Below are positions 62,744 to 64,000 of a DNA stretch of 64,000 bases, one piece after another; positions within the stretch are counted from its first letter, which is position 1; every line of letters starts with the position of its first letter. Position numbers and translations under genes: made by a program. Below the pieces are notes generated by a model. That model saw only the letters and a program-made list of their open reading frames with translations, searched no databases and had not been told where the DNA came from. The DNA is from an uncultured Chloroflexia bacterium (GTDB taxonomy: Bacteria > Chloroflexota > Limnocylindria > Limnocylindrales > CSP1-4): the NCBI GenBank assembly GCA_963707215.1, contig CAVPPB010000003.1, forward strand, positions 576,001 through 640,000. The letters are read 5' to 3'.

Positions 62744-62774
62744 CATCAGGGTGCGCGTCGCCGGCGCGAGCGTC

Positions 62775-63167
62775 CTACTTGATCTCGACCTTGGCGCCCT
62801 GCTCCTCGAGGGCGGCCTTGATCTTCTCGGCCTCGTCCTTGGCGACGCCCTCCTTGACCGGCTTGGGCGCCGCGTCGACCAGGTCCTTGGCCTCCTTGAG
62901 GCCCAGGCCGGTCAGCTCGCGGACGACCTTGATGACCGGGATCTTGTTGGGTCCGACCTCGGCGAGGACCGCGGCGAACTCGGACTGCTCCTCGGCGGCG
63001 GCGTCGGCGGTCGGAGCGGCGGCTGCCGGGATGCCGGCGGCGACGGCCATCGGAGCGGCGGCGGTGACGCCGAACTTCTCCTCGAAGGCCGTCTTGAACT
63101 CGGCGAGCTCGAGGACGGTCATGTTCTCGAACGCCTCGAGGAGCTGGTCGGTGGTCAGCTTGGCCAT
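62775..63167 (-). CDS. rplL: 50S ribosomal protein L7/L12
   Basis: [39 protein letters not shown]. Confidence 0.97.
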   Translation of the reverse strand: MAKLTTDQLLEAFENMTVLELAEFKTAFEEKFGVTAAAPMAVAAGIPAAAAPTADAAAEEQSEFAAVLAEVGPNKIPVIKVVRELTGLGLKEAKDLVDAAPKPVKEGVAKDEAEKIKAALEEQGAKVEIK

Positions 63168-63239
63168 GGTTCTGGTGTTCCTCCTTGGGTCCACCCGGCG
63201 GGTCGCGCCGGGTGGCGATGCTGCTGCGTCGGCGGCCGC

Positions 63240-63761
63240 CTAGGCGGCCGAGGCCCTCTGCTCGTGGAGCGCCGAGACGAGCCCGGCGACGTCGCGGAGT
63301 GGCGCGGCCAGCAGGCCGGCCATCGTCGAGAGCGGAGCGGTCACGGTTCCGGCGACCTGGGCGAGCACGACCTCCCGGGCGGGAAGCTCGGCGAGCCGCT
63401 GGACGCCGCTGGCGTCGATGGCCCGGTCGCCGAGGACGGCGCCCGTGACCTTCACCACCTTGTACGGCTTGACGGCGTCGAGAAACGCCTTTGCAGTGGC
63501 GCCCTCGTCGGTGCCGAAGGCGATCGCGGTCGGGCCTTCGAGCAGGGGCGACAGGGCCTCCCCCACCGAGCCCTCGGCGGCGATGCGCATCAGCCGGTTC
63601 TTGACCACCCGGTAGGTGACGTCCTGCTTGCGCAGGGCCACCCGGATGTCGGCGATCTCCTTGACGCTGAGGCCGCGGTACTCCGAGACGATCATGGTCC
63701 GGCTCTGCGAGAGGGCCTCGCGGAGCTGCTCGACCGTCCGTTGCTTGGCCTCCGTCGGCAT
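63240..63761 (-). CDS. rplJ: 50S ribosomal protein L10
   Basis: MPTEAK, EYRGLSV, VVKNRL, GPTAIAF, LAELP.RE. AAGGAGG SD. Confidence 0.96.
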   Translation of the reverse strand: MPTEAKQRTVEQLREALSQSRTMIVSEYRGLSVKEIADIRVALRKQDVTYRVVKNRLMRIAAEGSVGEALSPLLEGPTAIAFGTDEGATAKAFLDAVKPYKVVKVTGAVLGDRAIDASGVQRLAELPAREVVLAQVAGTVTAPLSTMAGLLAAPLRDVAGLVSALHEQRASAA

Positions 63762-63769
63762 GGACGTCC

Positions 63770-63925
63770 TCCTTCGTTGCTGGCGCGCAGCCGGCGCGCG
63801 GCGGAGGGCGTCGGTCCCGGGGGACCGGAACGCCCCTGCGACGACTCCCGTGGCTCGCAGGGGCGCGGTTCCCCACCAAGGGGGGCGCTGGTCCTGCCTC
63901 GGCGTGCTCGCCGTCGTCCCCGGCA
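63770..63925 (-). promoter_or_regulatory. Structured 5' leader of rplJ (candidate L10-leader-like autoregulatory element)
   Basis: Located upstream of rplJ. Minus-strand GAGGCAGG...CCTGCGAG resembles the L10 leader core, and there is a competing 9-bp IR CCCCTGCGA/TCGCAGGGG. Not verified with a covariance model. Confidence 0.35.
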
Positions 63926-64000
63926 CCGGTCGATCCGGCTGCCGATCCGATCCGGCGGATCAAGCCCCGACCGACGGTGACCGGCCGATGCCGGTCGGTC

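Overview
Very GC-rich, gene-dense core-genome window. Features of S12, RpoC and gene order suggest Chloroflexota, probably Limnocylindria/Ellin6529-like; this is an inference, not a computed placement. About 32.9-63.8 kb is one contiguous minus-strand ancestral-type superoperon: rplJ-rplL-rpoB-rpoC-rpsL-rpsG-fusA-tuf-S10-spc-adk-map-infA-rpmJ-alpha-truA-rplM-rpsI. It continues on the same strand with a TPR gene, cdaA-cdaR-glmM-glmS-acpS-nnrD-alr-macrodomain, and three uncharacterised genes (a 100-aa protein, a degenerate GlmL/MutL-like ASKHA protein and a hybrid-motif/KOW-like partner). After these come tsaE-tsaB-rimI-tsaD-rsmA-ispE-ridA-glmU and a CNNM/CorC gene. The left end holds a polyprenyl synthase, recO, a dipeptidase, alpha2-type glyQS, an XRE-HTH/PD-(D/E)XK-like gene, nfnAB, a 2H-phosphoesterase, a secreted protein and a partial TPR protein. 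No rRNA, tRNA, CRISPR array or transposase was seen. Many single-base indels, densest at about 45.6-49.2 kb in essential ribosomal genes, look like long-read assembly errors. The best leads are the orphan reactivase-like module, pervasive leaderless -10/start architecture, CTG starts coupled through CTGA overlaps, a terminator overlapping the rpoB promoter, and several lineage-specific protein motifs.
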